This document shows positions 43,166 to 57,759 of a DNA stretch of 64,000 bases, one piece after another. Numbering within the stretch: position 1 is the stretch's first letter; each line of letters starts with the position of its first letter. This DNA comes from Eledone cirrhosa (lineage: Eukaryota): the NCBI GenBank assembly GCA_964016885.1, contig OZ024744.1:52452001-52516000 (forward strand), in the 5' to 3' direction. The notes below the pieces were generated by a model. That model did not search any database. It saw only the letters and a program-made list of their open reading frames with translations, and was not told where the DNA came from. The position numbers and the translations under genes were made by a program.

Positions 43166-44834
43166 AGACGTGTGTAACTTCTCGGAGAAGTTTCCGTTAT
43201 TTTATGTAAGAAAAAAACGTGAGTTTTTAGTTAAATTTTATATTATTGTGTAACTTGAGCCCCCGTCTGGACCTTAAGATGGTGGGTCAACTCATTTTCG
43301 AGAAATATTCGTTTGTCAGAAGCAAAATACGTGCTCTGGGAAACAAGGGAGCCAAAGCTGTTAGCTGGGCCCGAGTGACGGAGGCAAAAAGTGGCAACAT
43401 GTCCACGATTCGGTCTTTGAAGACCAAAACGGACGCGTGATACGTGAGCCTAAGCAGATGTGTGCAGCCTTTCAGCGGCACTTTGCTCAACTGTTCGGGA
43501 GGGGCGGCGCGCCGGGAGAGGCTATGGATTTCGGTCCATACCTCGACGGCCTACCGCGACTCTCGGACAGCGAGGCAAAGTTCTGCGAAAAGCCGATTTC
43601 AGCCGCTGAGATAGGGGACACGCTGAGCCAATGCGGCAAACGCAAATCTCCAGGTCTCGACGGTCTACCCTACGAATTTTACGTAGCAATGCCGGACTTA
43701 TTCTCCGGTCTCTTGGAAGCGGTCCTCCAGGTGGAGAAGTACTGGAATGAAGTGACGGCCAAGGTGTTTGCACTCACCCAGAAGTGGGCCGAGTGCAAAC
43801 TATCCTTGAAAGGTCGAGCGGAGGTGGCGAACACTTTTATAGCGTCCGCCATCTACTACCGCTTGACCGTCGTGCCTTGTCCAGCCAAAACGCTCACCGA
43901 AATGGAGCGCGCGCTCACCGAAATGGACCCAGCGATCAGTGGAGGCTCCACTTCGTCATTCTATAGAGGGTTGATCCGCAGCAAGTGCGACGAACGCTCG
44001 GTGAAACTCTAGGCGTAGAGCAAGATGAACTGGCCAGTCTGTTCGGTAGGGCCTTCCGCCCGGGACCGATGGACAACTTCCAAAAGTCCCTGGCCTGGCA
44101 GTGCTACCGAGGAGCGGTACCAGTTGAGACAAGCTCTACAGACATGGGCGCCCGAGCAGGGACCCTGTAAAAAAGATCTGTCCGAGGTGCGTGCGAGACG
44201 AAGAAACCGTCGCGCACGCATTCATACACTGCTCGGGCGTCACTGACCTTTGGGGCTATGTAGAACGACTATTGTCGCGGGTGGGACCAATCCGGTTGAC
44301 CACCAAGTCCATTGTCATGATCAAACCGCCACCCTCCTTCAAAAACGAAGGAGAGGCGGTTTTCCTTTGTGGGATAGCTATGGCGAAAGAGGTTGTATGG
44401 TGGACAAGGTTGAAAGGGCTGAGGTCAGACACCTTTCTCTCCGGCCAACAACTGATTCTTTTTTTCAAATACCACTTTGGAAGAAGAATCAGGATGGAGA
44501 GAGAGGTGCTGTACCCCAAGCAAGTTTTATGAAAGGTGGGTGAAAGTGGCGAGAATGGCCCGAGTGAATGGGCCTTCTCTCTATATGAGCCTGTAGGTTG
44601 AGGAAAAGGAGGAGGAGAGGAAAGGGGTACAAACTCTTCGTACTCCTGGAGATGAGGGTTGCACATTTTTTCGGGGGTATGTGTTACCCATATGTAATGT
44701 CTCCCTCTATTGGGGAAAATCGACTAACTTTTTAAATTGCATTTGTGATAACATTTTACACGTTTTTATTGTATGTAAACTTCCCTCTTTGTATTTGTCC
44801 CCTTCTTTTGTGCCCCTGTGGCTAATAAAGAAAC
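43166..44834 (+). mobile_element. Tx1-like copy 3, subfamily B, internally deleted
   Basis: A leader is joined to mid-ORF2 at ~43311; the RT core is deleted at ~43722; the 3'UTR is nearly identical to copy 5. Confidence 0.9.
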
Positions 44835-44930
44835 ATATCTATCTATCTATCTATCTATTTATATATCTATCTATCTATCTATCTAACTATCTATCATCAG
44901 TTTGACTCTCGCTCACTTTATCCCACAAAG

Positions 44931-45112
44931 GGCGGTGAATTGGCAGTATCGGTAGAGGGTCGGACATGCTTTCTAGCATAGTTACGTCCCTTTATGATCT
45001 GATTTCAAATCCCGCCGAGGTTAACTTTGCCTTTCATCCATACGGGGTCGATAAAATAAAGTACCAGTAATGTACTAGTAATTGCTGGCTTTGTGCCAAA
45101 TGTAGAAACAAT
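44931..45112 (+). mobile_element. tRNA-derived SINE (main family)
   Basis: TGGCAGTATCGGT box A, GATTTCAAATCC box B, conserved body. Confidence 0.85.
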
Positions 45113-45201
45113 TATTTTCCTCTCCCAATCTCCCTCTCTCTTTCATTCTCTCCCTCTCTCTTTCTCATTCTCTCTATATATATCTGTATATCTATCTATA
45201 C

Positions 45202-45246
<45 letters not shown>

Positions 45247-48200
45247 CTATTTTGAGAAAAATGGCTGAAGCATCTTCACCAACAATCAAAGAAAGAAAAG
45301 GGAAGTCATACTCACAGCTTCCCCTGCCACTGTCACAGCAGCAGATGCCAAATGCAGAGGTCAGCCAGAGGAAGAATTGTCTTCACCTGTTGACCGACAA
45401 CTTGATGTAGCTACAACTATACAAGAAACTGAAAACAACAACAACAACAACGACAACAACAGCAACAATAAAGACAACAAAAACAACAACAACACAAACG
45501 TCACAAGTATCCACACACCAAACGAGAAAGACAACAACAACAAAGATGAAAACAACTCAAACGACGAGAAACAAAACAATACAAACCCCAACAACGAAAA
45601 CAAAATATCTTTTGCACAAACGGCTAAATTATCAGTCACTTATGTGCTTGAAGATATTTCAAAAGCAAAAGAAATGCTGGAAAAAGCCAAAAAATATGTA
45701 TCTTTTGGCGAAAACGGTTCGTTTTCTATAAATTCACCTCCAGAACTAAAAAAACAGACGGAATTACAAACTGTCGTATTCCGTACAATTTTAAATAAAA
45801 CAAAAAAACCAGCACAACCTTCTCAAGCTGAAATTCAGTTAGTACTGAAAGAAGCGATGAAAGACATCACTTTCATACAAAAGGATAAACTCTATGGGAA
45901 TTTATCCATATTGATGAAAGACGAATTGGCGGCGAAAAAATACTCTGTGTCGCCAATTCTTTCCACACACTACACCTTCTTCCCCACCTACATGGGTAAA
46001 AAACCCCAGAGAATATGGATAACCACCATCACATAAACTACTGGTGGTTACTAACCGGTTTCCTCAATTTAGACGAGGACAACCTCATTTCAATAGGGAA
46101 GGCATCCGGCGACGCGTTCAGTGGAACGAGTATCGAAGTTCTGACCCAAATAAGGCCAGAACGTATCGCCCAAATCCCTGAGCGCGTCATGCTGGATGAC
46201 CGTACCCACCTCAACATTATTGTGGAGGGTAGGCGTCCCTCCTGTTACCTCTGTGGCAATTGAGGTCACCTGAGGGCTGCCTGTCCCCAGCTCACACAGA
46301 AAAAAACACTGCTACCAACACCAACACCACCCCAACAACAACAACAAAAACAACCACAACAACAACAAAAACCAACAACACCACCACCACCACAACAACA
46401 ACAACAACAACAAACCGTGAAAAAACAACACAAAATACTGTCCCACCCAACCCCTCCCCACCCAAAACAAATACAAAAACACACACACCGCAAACACTAC
46501 CAGAAAACATACCCCTCCCACCCAACAAGGAAGACGAACCCCTTTCATCGCAAGACGAAAAAGATCCCTTCCAAACAGTAAAAAGAAAGAAGAGGAGGCG
46601 CACCACAGACACACTTGTTAACATTAACCCTCCCCAAGAGAACACAACCTACACACAAACCACCCCTCCCCGTCACACAACACTAACTGCTACACAAAAA
46701 AAGACTTTACAATATACATACATGAACACAGACAACAAAGAACTAATGAACACAATTGCATCAAACCCTTCGGTCCAAACTGAAGGGCCTAACTTTATAA
46801 CTGCTGTGGGACTACCTCATTTAAAAATGATTAAAGTCCCAATGGACTTTTATAAAACACTGAAAACAAATTTCACGGAGGACGTGGGCCCCCCTGCGCC
46901 AAGCCAATCAACCGCGTCCTCCTAAAAAATCCCCCCCCCCCCCCCCCCACCCAGACACCCACTCAACCACAAACGCCCCAACCCACAACACACTGATGCC
47001 CCTTCACTTCCACAAACCACCACCCCACCCAACAACCCATCCCCAACCAGCATGGAAATTGAGCGGCCCGTTTCCCGGGACGCAGAGAGGTAAGTGCCTT
47101 TTCTTCTTACCACCAACATGGCTGTGCTAACAATAGGGTGTCTAAATGCGCGTGGCCTGGGCTCATCTTGGAAGCAAGCAATGCTTCTAAATGACCTCAG
47201 ATCACGATCTATAAATGTGATGGTTATCTGCGAGGCCCGGATCAGCAGCATGCGACAGCTAGCCCCCACCTTTGACGACTTTGAGATGCACGCATCTCTC
47301 TGTCAGCCCGGAGGTGGGGGTGGAGTTGTCGTTCTGCTGCAAAAACATCTGGGTCTTGCCACACAGATAGTTCACTTGGACCCAGAGGGTCGACTGGTGA
47401 TGCTGGACCTTGGCAGTGGTGAAGGTGGAGCCTTTAGGCTGGTAGCCGCATATGCCCCTTTTGGGACAGAGCGGCCCGACTTTTTCCAGCGTCTGGAGTC
47501 TTTTCTTTTAGTGGGGGACTGGAATGGTATCCTGGATGCACGTTGGGACTATGCAGGGGCATGTCCCGATAGAGAGGGGTGCAACAGCCTCAATGGGTTA
47601 CTCGGCCGATTTGACCTGGCCGATAGATTTCGACTAGATTTTCCGACGGTGCCAACTTGGTCTTGGTCAAATCGCAGCGGATCATCTAGGTCGTACCTAG
47701 ATAGATTTTTAGTTAGAAATAAGGACAGGGACTTTTTAAGTTGACCAGAAATGCCCATGGTTGGCTATTCAGACCACAAGTTGGTGACCTGTATGGTCAA
47801 CCTTAATATAACGCATAGACAGGGCCCTGGTTACTGGAAGCTCAACTTGTCCTTGCCGGCAAGTAGAGCATACAGGGATCGGATTAGTACGTTAGTTAAG
47901 GAACGGTTGACTGGAGCGATCGTCAACAGTAGGTGGTGGGTATCTCTAAAGAGAGATATTAGAGTAGTCTCGATAGAATTTAGTAAGGTTCTAGCTGCGG
48001 ATAGGAATAGGAAGGAAAGGGAGCTAATAGATAGAGTAGAAGAGGCAATTAGAAGCGGCGACGTGGCCAGAGTGCTAGCGTCGAGAACGGCTTTGAGCCA
48101 GTTTTTCGACGCGAAGCACGAAGGCTGCGTTGTCCGAAGTAAAATACGTGCTCTAGGGAACGAGGGGACCAAAGCTGTTAGCTGGGCCTGCGTGACAGAA

Positions 48201-50748
48201 GCCAAGAGTGGAACTAAATCCACCATTCGGTCTTTGCGAGACCAGGATGAACGGGCGATCCTTGAGCCTAAGCAGATGTGTGAGGCCTTTCAAAGGCACT
48301 TTGCCCGACTGTTCGACGGCCTACCTCGACTGTCGGACAGCGACGCGAAGTTCTGCGAAAAGCCGATTTCAACCGCTGAGATAGAGGACGTGCTGAGCCA
48401 ATGCGGCAAACGCAAATCCCCGGGTCTCGATGGTCTTCCATACGAATTATATCTAGCTATGCCGGACTTGTTCCCCGATCTCCTCGAGGCGGTCTACTGC
48501 AACTGGGAACAGAACGGGAGAATTCCCTGTACTGTGACCAAGGCCGTAGTCACGCTAGTGAGGAAGGACGAGAACAAGGGGGGATGAAATAAGTAACTTC
48601 AGGCCCATAACTCTGCTAAACACAGAGTTACAGATTTTGGCCAAGGTGCTAGCAAAAAGGTTGGCGCTTGTCGTGGGCAACCTGGTGGGAGATGCGCAGA
48701 CATGTGATATCCTGTCCAGGTCCATCCATGACAACCTCCACCTCATGCGATACATCATAGAGAGGGTTGGGAACGAACCCGGCTTTGGTGGGGCTCTGAT
48801 CAACCTGGTTCAATCTAAGGCGTTCGATAGGGTCGACCATGGTTACCTGGATGCGGTGCTAGCGGCGGCATGCTTCGGACCCGTTTTCAGGGGCTGGATC
48901 ACTGCTATGCACAGCAGCCGCATCTGATCTAGGGTCAAGGTGAACGGCTACCTCTCGGAGCAATTCAAAATCGCGCGGTCCATCCGACAAGGGGGGCCCT
49001 CTCTCCTCCCTTCTGTATGTGTTGACTCTCGAGCCACTACTGCGGAAGTTGGAGTTGTTGCAGGGCATCCCTTTGGAACCGGGATTGCGGAAAGCGGTGT
49101 CGGCCTACGCCGATGACGTGACAGTAATGGTGTCGACGGCCTCCGAAATCGGGGCGGTCGGCACCTTACTGGAGGAGTACGAAAGGTTCACAGGGGCTAA
49201 GCTGAACCGGGACAAGTTGATCGGTTTGCAACTCGGCACGTGGAGGAGCAGACCGATGCCCTCCGATGGCGTCGTCGGACGCTGGACGGAGGGCCCGGTG
49301 AAGTTGCTCGGGGTCTAGTTCTCACCGGACCTCCAGGTGGAGAAGAACTGGGCGGAGGTTACGAACAGGGTGTTTGCACTGACCCAGAAGTGGGCCAGTT
49401 GCAAACTATCCCTGAAAGGTCAGGCGGAGGTGGCGAACACCTATATAGCGTCCGTCATCTACTACCGCCTGACCGTAGTGCCCTGCCCAAGGGAAACCCT
49501 CGCCAAGATGGAGCGCGCGCTCTTCCAATTCCTTTGGAAGAGGCGGGATCCCTTGGTGAGGAGATCCATCTGCTGTCAACACCCTTCGAAAGGAGGGCTG
49601 GGGATGACGTGGCTAATGATGCGTAAACACGCATTAAGGCTACGGCACCTCTACGTATTCCTTACCGGTCAACCGGTGTGGGCCTCGTTTGTGAGACGAA
49701 CCTTTCCCAGACTCGTCTCACTCACCGAGCTGCAATCCTGGATCAAGCAAAGACCGAGAAAACTGGGCGCCTGGCACACTGAGTGTGCCCAGGCGCTCAC
49801 CGCCCTCTAGCAGGCGGATCCGGTTATCAGTGGAGACACCACCGCAACATTCTATAGAGGGCTGGTACGCATCAGGTGCGACGACGCCCTCGGAGAAGCC
49901 CTAGACATGGAGGAGGACGAACTGGCCAGCCTGTTCGGTAGGACATTCAGCCCGGGACCTATGGACAACTTCCAGAAGTCCCTGGCCTGGCAGTGCTACC
50001 GAGGGGCTCTAACCGTTCGAGAAAAGCTCTACAGACACGGGCGCCCGGGTAGGGACGCCGCCAAAAAGATCTGTCCCAGATGCGTGTGCGACGAGGAAAC
50101 CGTTGCACACGCATTGGTACACTGCTCGGGCGTAGCCGATCTGTGGGGCTATGTTGAACAACTGCTGTCAAGGGTGGGACCGATCCGGTTGACCACCGAG
50201 TCTATTGTAATGATCAAGCCGCCTCCCCCCTTCAAAGATGAAGGAGAGGCTGTGTTTCTGTGCGTAATAGCCATGGTGAAAGAAGTTGTATGGTGGACGC
50301 GTCTGAAAGGACTGAGGTCTGGCACCTTTCTCTCTGGCCAATAACTGGTCCGTTTCTTCCGATATCATTTCGGAAGAAGGATCAGGATGGAGAGAGAGGT
50401 GCTCCACCCCAGTCGTTTTTATGAAAGGTGGGTAAAGTGGCGAGAATGGCCCGTGTGAATGGGCCTTCTCTTTACATAAGCCTGTAGATGGAAAAGAGGA
50501 AGAAACGAGGGAGCACCCCCTCTGTGCTCCTGAGGAGAAGGGTCGCACACTTTTTTCGGGGGTGTGTGCGATCCCCCAAGGCGCCTCCTCTCTATTGAGG
50601 ATTTTGTTATAATTTTATTTTTTGTTATATTTTATTTTAGTTTTATATATTGTTATTGCCTCCTCCCTATTGAGGACGCCTTGTTTTGCAAACACCCCCC
50701 CATTGTACTTGTCCCACTTTTGATGCCCTGGTGGCAAATAAAAGAAAC
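45247..50748 (+). mobile_element. Tx1-like copy 4, both ORFs present but disrupted
   Basis: ORF1 from ATG 45261 and ORF2 from ATG 47118 to ~50487, with multiple stops and frameshifts; (TATC)n flanks. Confidence 0.93.
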
Positions 50749-50766
50749 ATATCTATCTATCTATCT

Positions 50767-53315
50767 GTCCACGATTCAGTCTTTGAAGGACCAAGACGGA
50801 CGCGTGATAGGTGAGCCGAAGCAGATGTGTGCGGCCTTTCAGCGGCGCTTTGCTCAACTGTTCGGGCAGGAAGGCGTGCCAGGAGGGGATATGGATTTCG
50901 GTCCATACCTCGACGGCCTACCTCGACTTTCAGACAGCGAGGCGAAGTTCTGCGAAAAGCCGATTTCAACCGCTGAGATAGGGGACGCGCTGAGCCAATG
51001 TGGCAAACGCAAATCTCCAGGTCTCAACGGTCTACCCTACGAATTTTAAGTAGCAATGACGGACTTATCCTCCGGCCTCCTGGAAGCGGTCTACTACAAC
51101 TGGCAGCAGAACGGGAGAATTCCCAGTTCTGTGACCGGGGACGAAGTCACACTAGTCAAGAAGGACGAGAATGAGGGGGATGACAGGAAACTTCCGGCCC
51201 ATAACTCTGCTAAACACAGAGTTACAGATTTTGGCCAAGGTGTTTGCAAAGAAGCTAGCGCTTGTCGTCGAGAACCTGGTGGGAAAAGCGCAGACATTCG
51301 CAATCACAAATAGGTCCATACACGATAACCTCCACCTTATGCGATACATCATAGAGAGGGTAGGGTGTAAACCCGGCTTCGGTGGGGCCCTGATCAACTT
51401 GGATCAGTCTAAGGCTTTCGATAGGGTTGACCATCGTTACCTGGATGCGGTGCTCGAGGCGGCAGGCTTCGGACCCGTGTTCAGGGGCTGGATTTCTGCA
51501 ATGCACAACAGCAACATCTGCTCAAGGGTCAAGGTGAACGGTTACCTCTCGGAGCCGTTCCATATCACTAGATCCATTCGACAGAGATGCCTCTCTCCTC
51601 CCTTCTGTATGTACTGACTCTTGAGCCACTACTTCGGAAGTTGGAGCTATTGCAGGGCATCCCTCTGGAACCGGGACTGCGGAAAGAGGCGTCGGCCTAC
51701 GCCGACGACGTGACAGTAATGGTGTTGAGCGCCTCGCAAATCGAAGAAGTCGGCACCTTACTGAAGGAATACGAAACGTTCACAGGAGCGAAGCTGAACC
51801 GGGAAAAGTCCATCGGTTTGCAACTCGGATCGTGGAGAGGCAAACCGATGCCTTCCGATGGCGTCGTCGGACGCTGGACGGAAGGACCGGTAAAGCTGCT
51901 CGGTGTCTGGTTTGGTCCGGACATCCAGCTGGAGAAGAACTGGAACGAGGTGACGGCCAAGGTATTTGCACTCACCCAGAAGTGGGCCGAGTGCAAACTA
52001 TCCTTGAAAGGTCGAGCGGAGGTGGCGAACACTTTTATAGCGTCCGCCATCTACTACCGCTTGACCGTCGTGCCTTGTCCAGCCAAAACGCTCACCGAAA
52101 TGGAGCGCGCGCTCTTCTAATTCCTTTGGAAGAGGCGGGCTCCTTTGGTGAGAAGATCCATCTGCTGCCAACACCCTTCCAACGGTGGGCTGGGTATGCC
52201 GTGGTTGACGATGCGCAAACACGCGCTCAGGCTGCGGCATCTCTACGTATTCCTCACCGGACAACCGGTGTGAGCCCCGATCGTGAGGCTAACCTTCCCA
52301 CGACTCGTCTCGCTGACCGAGCTGCAGTCCTGGGTCAAACAAAGACCGAGGAAAATGGGCGACTGGCACATCGAATCTGCTCAGGCGCTCACACCCCTCT
52401 GGCAGGCGGACCCGGAGATCAGTGGAGACTCCACTTCGTCATTCTATAGAGGGTTGATCCGCAGCAAGTACGACGATGCGCTCGGTGAAACTCTAGGCAT
52501 AGACGAAGACAAACTGGCTAGTGTGTTCGGTAGGACCTTCCGCCCGGGACCGATGGACAACTTCCAATAGTCCCTGGCCTGGCAGTGCTACCGAGGAGCT
52601 CTACTAGTTTGAGACAAGCTCTACAGACATGGGCGCCCGCGCAGGGACCCTGCAAAAAAATCTGTCCGATGTGTGTGCGAGACGAAGAAACTGTCGCGCA
52701 CGCATTCATACACTTCCCGGGCGTCATCGACCTGTGGGGCTATGTAGAACGACTATTGTCGCGGGTGGGACCAATCCGGTTGACCACCGAGTCAATTGTC
52801 ATGGTCAAACCGCCACCCTCCTTTAAAAACGAAGGAGAGGCGGTTTTCCTTTGTGTGATAGCTATGGTGAAAGAGGTTGTATGGTGGACAAGGTTGAAAG
52901 TGCTGAGGTCAGACACCTTTCTCTCCAGCCAACAACTGATTTTTTTTCAAATACCACTTTGGAAGAAGAATCAGGATGGAGAGAGAGGTGCTGTACCCCA
53001 GCAAGTTTTATGAAAGGTGGGTGAAAGTGGCGAGAATGGCCCGAGTGAATTAGCCTTCTCTCTATATCAGCCTGTAGGTTGAGTAAAAAGAGGAGGAGAG
53101 GAAGGGAGTACAAACTCTTCGTACTCCTGGAGATGAGGGTTGCACATTTTTTTCGGGGGTATGTGTTACCCATATGTAATGTCTCCCCCTATTGGGGAAA
53201 ATCGACTAATTTTTACATTGTATTTGTGATAATATTTTACACGTTTTTATTGTATGCAAACTTCCCCCTTTGTATTTATCCCCTTCTTTTGTGCCCCTGT
53301 GGCTAATAAAGAAAC
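50767..53315 (+). mobile_element. Tx1-like copy 5, subfamily B, 5'-truncated and disrupted
   Basis: RT motifs DQSKAFDRV and YADD; begins after (ATCT)4; ends AATAAAGAAAC-ATATCTATCT. Confidence 0.93.
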
Positions 53316-53529
53316 ATATCTATCTAATTATATCTCTCTCCCTCTCTCTTTCATTCTCTTTCTTTCTCCCAACCTCTCTCTTTCATCCTTACTATGTCTC
53401 AGCTACCAAACCACCTCCATCCTCAAATAATTTCTTCCCACTTTCTCTCCTGCGTTCTTTCTTTCATTCTCTCTTTCTTTCTTTCACTTTCTCTTTTTTT
53501 TTTTCTACGTTGTTGTCTTCATTTTAGCT

Positions 53530-53725
53530 GTCGGTTGATTGGCAGTATCGGTAGAGGGTCAAACGCCATGCTTTGACGCATAGAGTTACGGCCCTTGCGA
53601 TTCTGAGTTCAAATCCCGCCGAGGTTAACTTTGCTTTTCATCCTTACGGGGTCGATAAAATAAAGTACCAGTAATGTACTGACTGGGTAATTGCTGGCCT
53701 TGTGCCAAAAAGTAGAAACAATTAT
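53530..53725 (+). mobile_element. tRNA-derived SINE (main family), well preserved
   Basis: Box A TGGCAGTATCGGT, box B GAGTTCAAATCC. Confidence 0.88.
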
Positions 53726-54461
53726 TTCTTCTTTCTTTCATTCCTTTTTTTTTCATTTCTTCTTTCTTTTTTCTTATGTCCTTCTTTCTTTTTACTTATG
53801 TTCATTCTTTCTGACTGTCATGTTGCCTGTTGTTTTTTTCATTATTTCTTTCGTTACATCTGTCGGTCTTTCTTTCTGTTTTTCGTTTCTTCATTCTCTT
53901 TCTCTTTCTTTTTTTTTTCTTTTTTATAAGTTTCTATCATTGACTCATTTCTATCAATTTTTATAAGTTTCTATCATTTACTCCCTTGCACAGAAACCAC
54001 ATTAAAATCTTTATGAAATTCTTCTCAAAATTCGCTATTGCACGGCACGTTAGATAACATAGGGAAAGATTCTGTGCTGTTATCAGTACACAAATTATTA
54101 TTAAAGTGACCATTATGAAGTTAGTAGATATGGTTCAAAGTTGGAAACTGAATATCAATGGCTGGTGTTGTGATAAGGATCAGGTCTGAGTAGATGCGTA
54201 CTAAATTTTGAATTTCTGTATATTTTTCTGCTCCCTGAATAAAGTAACACCTTGCATTGGACCGACCAATCCCAGTCTCTGAACTACGGTGACAGGTATG
54301 CAAAAATGACGAACAGGTCAACACCATTGGTTGCTATTGAATCTCAGGTTTTATATCGGAATTTTCCTAGAGTGATGTCATAACAAGAACTTGGGATCTC
54401 TTTCTTCCAGTGGGGCTAACCACGTGCTCAGGCATCAAACTGAGTATTTTCATGACCACGC

Positions 54462-54498
<37 letters not shown>

Positions 54499-54958
54499 TA
54501 TATATATCTATATAATAAAGAAAGGAGTGCGGGACAGCGTGCAGAATATATTTGTTTATCATATTAGTAAAATGAGTTGGATTACTTTGAATAAATAATG
54601 AATGAATATTACATAATTTATGTACTAAATTTCGTAACTCTTGATTAAATATATTTTATTGCTTATTTAAAGGTTCACTTCTTTAAAATTTTCAAATGGT
54701 AATACTTCCGGTTAGCGATCGCTTAAATAAACGTTCATATATTTCCATCACTAATTTTTATCCTAATGCACTTTATATATAATATATATATTTTAATGCA
54801 TCATGGATTACTTTGCTGATTACATAAGACAAGTTAATGTAGTCTTCAATTTCTGTGTATATTGTCAATTACGATTTCATTTGATGTATCATATCTACAT
54901 GCATATATATTTGGGTATAATATCAATATACACACTACACATGCTAGCAGAAAACCAG

Positions 54959-55150
54959 ACGAAGAGGTTGTGGTAATGAACCAGGTGGACCATAACGCAC
55001 CAGAGTACTTGATACTTAGGGTAGTAGAGTGGGTAATAGGAAAAGAGCCAGGACTCCGACGGCTGAGCTCCGACCGTTTCGACAGCTAGATCGGATCTAG
55101 CTGTCGAAACGACCGGAGCTCAGTCGTCGGGCTCCTGACTATTTTCCTAT
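54959..55150. mobile_element. Family B fold-back element (diverged subfamily)
   Basis: Palindrome centred on AGATC-G-GATCT; stem III reads CGAC/GTCG. Confidence 0.85.
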
Positions 55151-55152
55151 AT

Positions 55153-55243
<91 letters not shown>

Positions 55244-55538
55244 TAAATACATACATGCATGCATACACACATACACAGATGCCTATATATGTAGCGGTGC
55301 CGGCAGCAATTATGCTCATGATGTATTGAGATTTGGGAGCACCAAATCCCTACGACATATATACCAGAATTGGTGGGTATATGAACAAATGACATACATG
55401 ATTAAATGTATCAGTAACTTTGGAGAAATAACTGTTCACTGAGACATGTGTGAGGCTAGAACCCAGGACCTTTTGAATGGAAGACGAACCTCTTATTGCA
55501 GCGAGATGACTAAGATGGGAAATGCATTGTGTGTATGA

Positions 55539-55710
<172 letters not shown>

Positions 55711-55939
55711 ATCGCTCTGTATGTATGTATATTTATGTGTGTGTGTGTGTGTGTGTGTGTAAATTTTCAAGAATATGAATATAAAAGCACAAATGGTGTA
55801 TGCTTACCGTTGATTATTTTACTGCTCAATGTCCCATCTGCTAATTAATAGATTATAGTAAGTGTAACATGTAGGTAATTATGAAGACCTGATAACCACT
55901 GTAGTAACTACGAATACCTGTCAACCAATGTAAAGAAAA

Positions 55940-56250
55940 GAAAACTGTGATGATACTATCACGTGACAAGATCTGATGGATTGTTCCAAGGAACAGTTTA
56001 AGAGAAAAGAAGGCGGGGGGGGGGGGTCAAAAGAAAATATCGCGGATAACATCACAGAATGGACTTGAAAAGACATCGCAACTACCTAAGTCCTGAGTCA
56101 CACCAGCGATGGATATTGTGAGGTGCTATACTGCTTCATACTGTAAAACGTCTAAAAAAAATGGCGGGAGGCAATAAACAGCGACACCATGATACTGGAA
56201 GTAAAGACTTCACGACAACCTAAGTTGACGGATGGACGGACGGACTGACT
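55940..56250 (+). pseudogene. Decayed RTE LINE 3' end
   Basis: HVTR, FQG, KRRRG and DNITEWT fragments; GGAC/GACT tandem tail. Confidence 0.5.
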
Positions 56251-56615
56251 GTGTCCAAATCCAGTTAATGAACAACACTATTCCTGGAGTCTCCTTGCAT
56301 GCAGTATATTTACCAACGTCATGTTATACAATAACAAACAGGCATCATCAACAAACTAATTAGCAAACGAATCTCGATATACTTATCTTTAAAATGCATC
56401 CATTAATCCAATGAAATATAACGTGGACAACATATATAAACAAGAATACTATATAGATTTTGAAAATATAAAAAAAAATCGTAAGATGTTGGAAAGGAAA
56501 AATAACAAAATAAAGAAAAAATCTTCAAAATTAATATAGGAGGCATAATATATTTCTACAAATATTAGTTTACAGAGGAAAAAATAAATATACATATATT
56601 ATATATCTATGTACG

Positions 56616-56648
<33 letters not shown>

Positions 56649-57062
56649 ATATTGTTATATATATATGTATATAATGTATATATATATATATATATATATA
56701 TATGAACATTTTCTGGGAGAAGTAATACATTAGTTGATGATATAAATATATATACACGCTACGGTAATTTACACTTTGAAAAATTTAATAAATCATCTAG
56801 AAATAAGCAAAAATCAATCGAAGCGACAGAAAAAAGTATGAAACAAAAACAGCAATAACAACAACGACAACAACAATAATAATAATAATGATAATAGTAG
56901 TAATAGTAATAATGATAATAATAATAACAACAACAACAAAAATAACGGCAATAATAATATATGATTCAGAGCGAATCACTTGTTTCAGAAACACAAACGA
57001 AAAGCACTTAACTGAATCATATCATATAGAATCAACATAATATTTAACATACATACATACAT

Positions 57063-57139
<77 letters not shown>

Positions 57140-57546
57140 CATACATACATACATACCTACATACATATATACATACATATATATATATTTACATACATAC
57201 ATACACATATAGATACATACCTACATATATATATTTACATACATATATACACACAAAAATACATACATATATATACACATATATATATATATACACATAC
57301 AGACATATATATATTTACATACATACACAAACATACATACATCCATACATCCATACACACACGTGTGTCTGTGTGTGCGTGTGTGAGTGTCTGTAAAATA
57401 CTTTAATGAGAAATATGCTGACTATTTTTGTACATATGTACATATATGTGTATATTTCAAATATATATATATCTATGTATAATGACACACACACACAAAC
57501 TCATACACACACATATATACATATATACATATATATATATATATTT

Positions 57547-57603
<57 letters not shown>

Positions 57604-57710
57604 TATATATATATATTCGTACATATGTCTATACACAATATAAATACATGCATAAATATATACGTACATATTTTTGAATCTTTCTCACCTTTCACACATG
57701 CAAACACACA

Positions 57711-57759
<49 letters not shown>

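Noticed and set aside
36549-53315. LTR retrotransposon (repeated 3' segments mimic LTRs)
   Set aside because: The repeats are 3' ends of independent LINE copies; the protein is APE-RT with no integrase, protease or PBS.
53530-53620. tRNA gene
   Set aside because: A and B boxes are present but no cloverleaf is evident, and it continues into a multi-copy SINE body.
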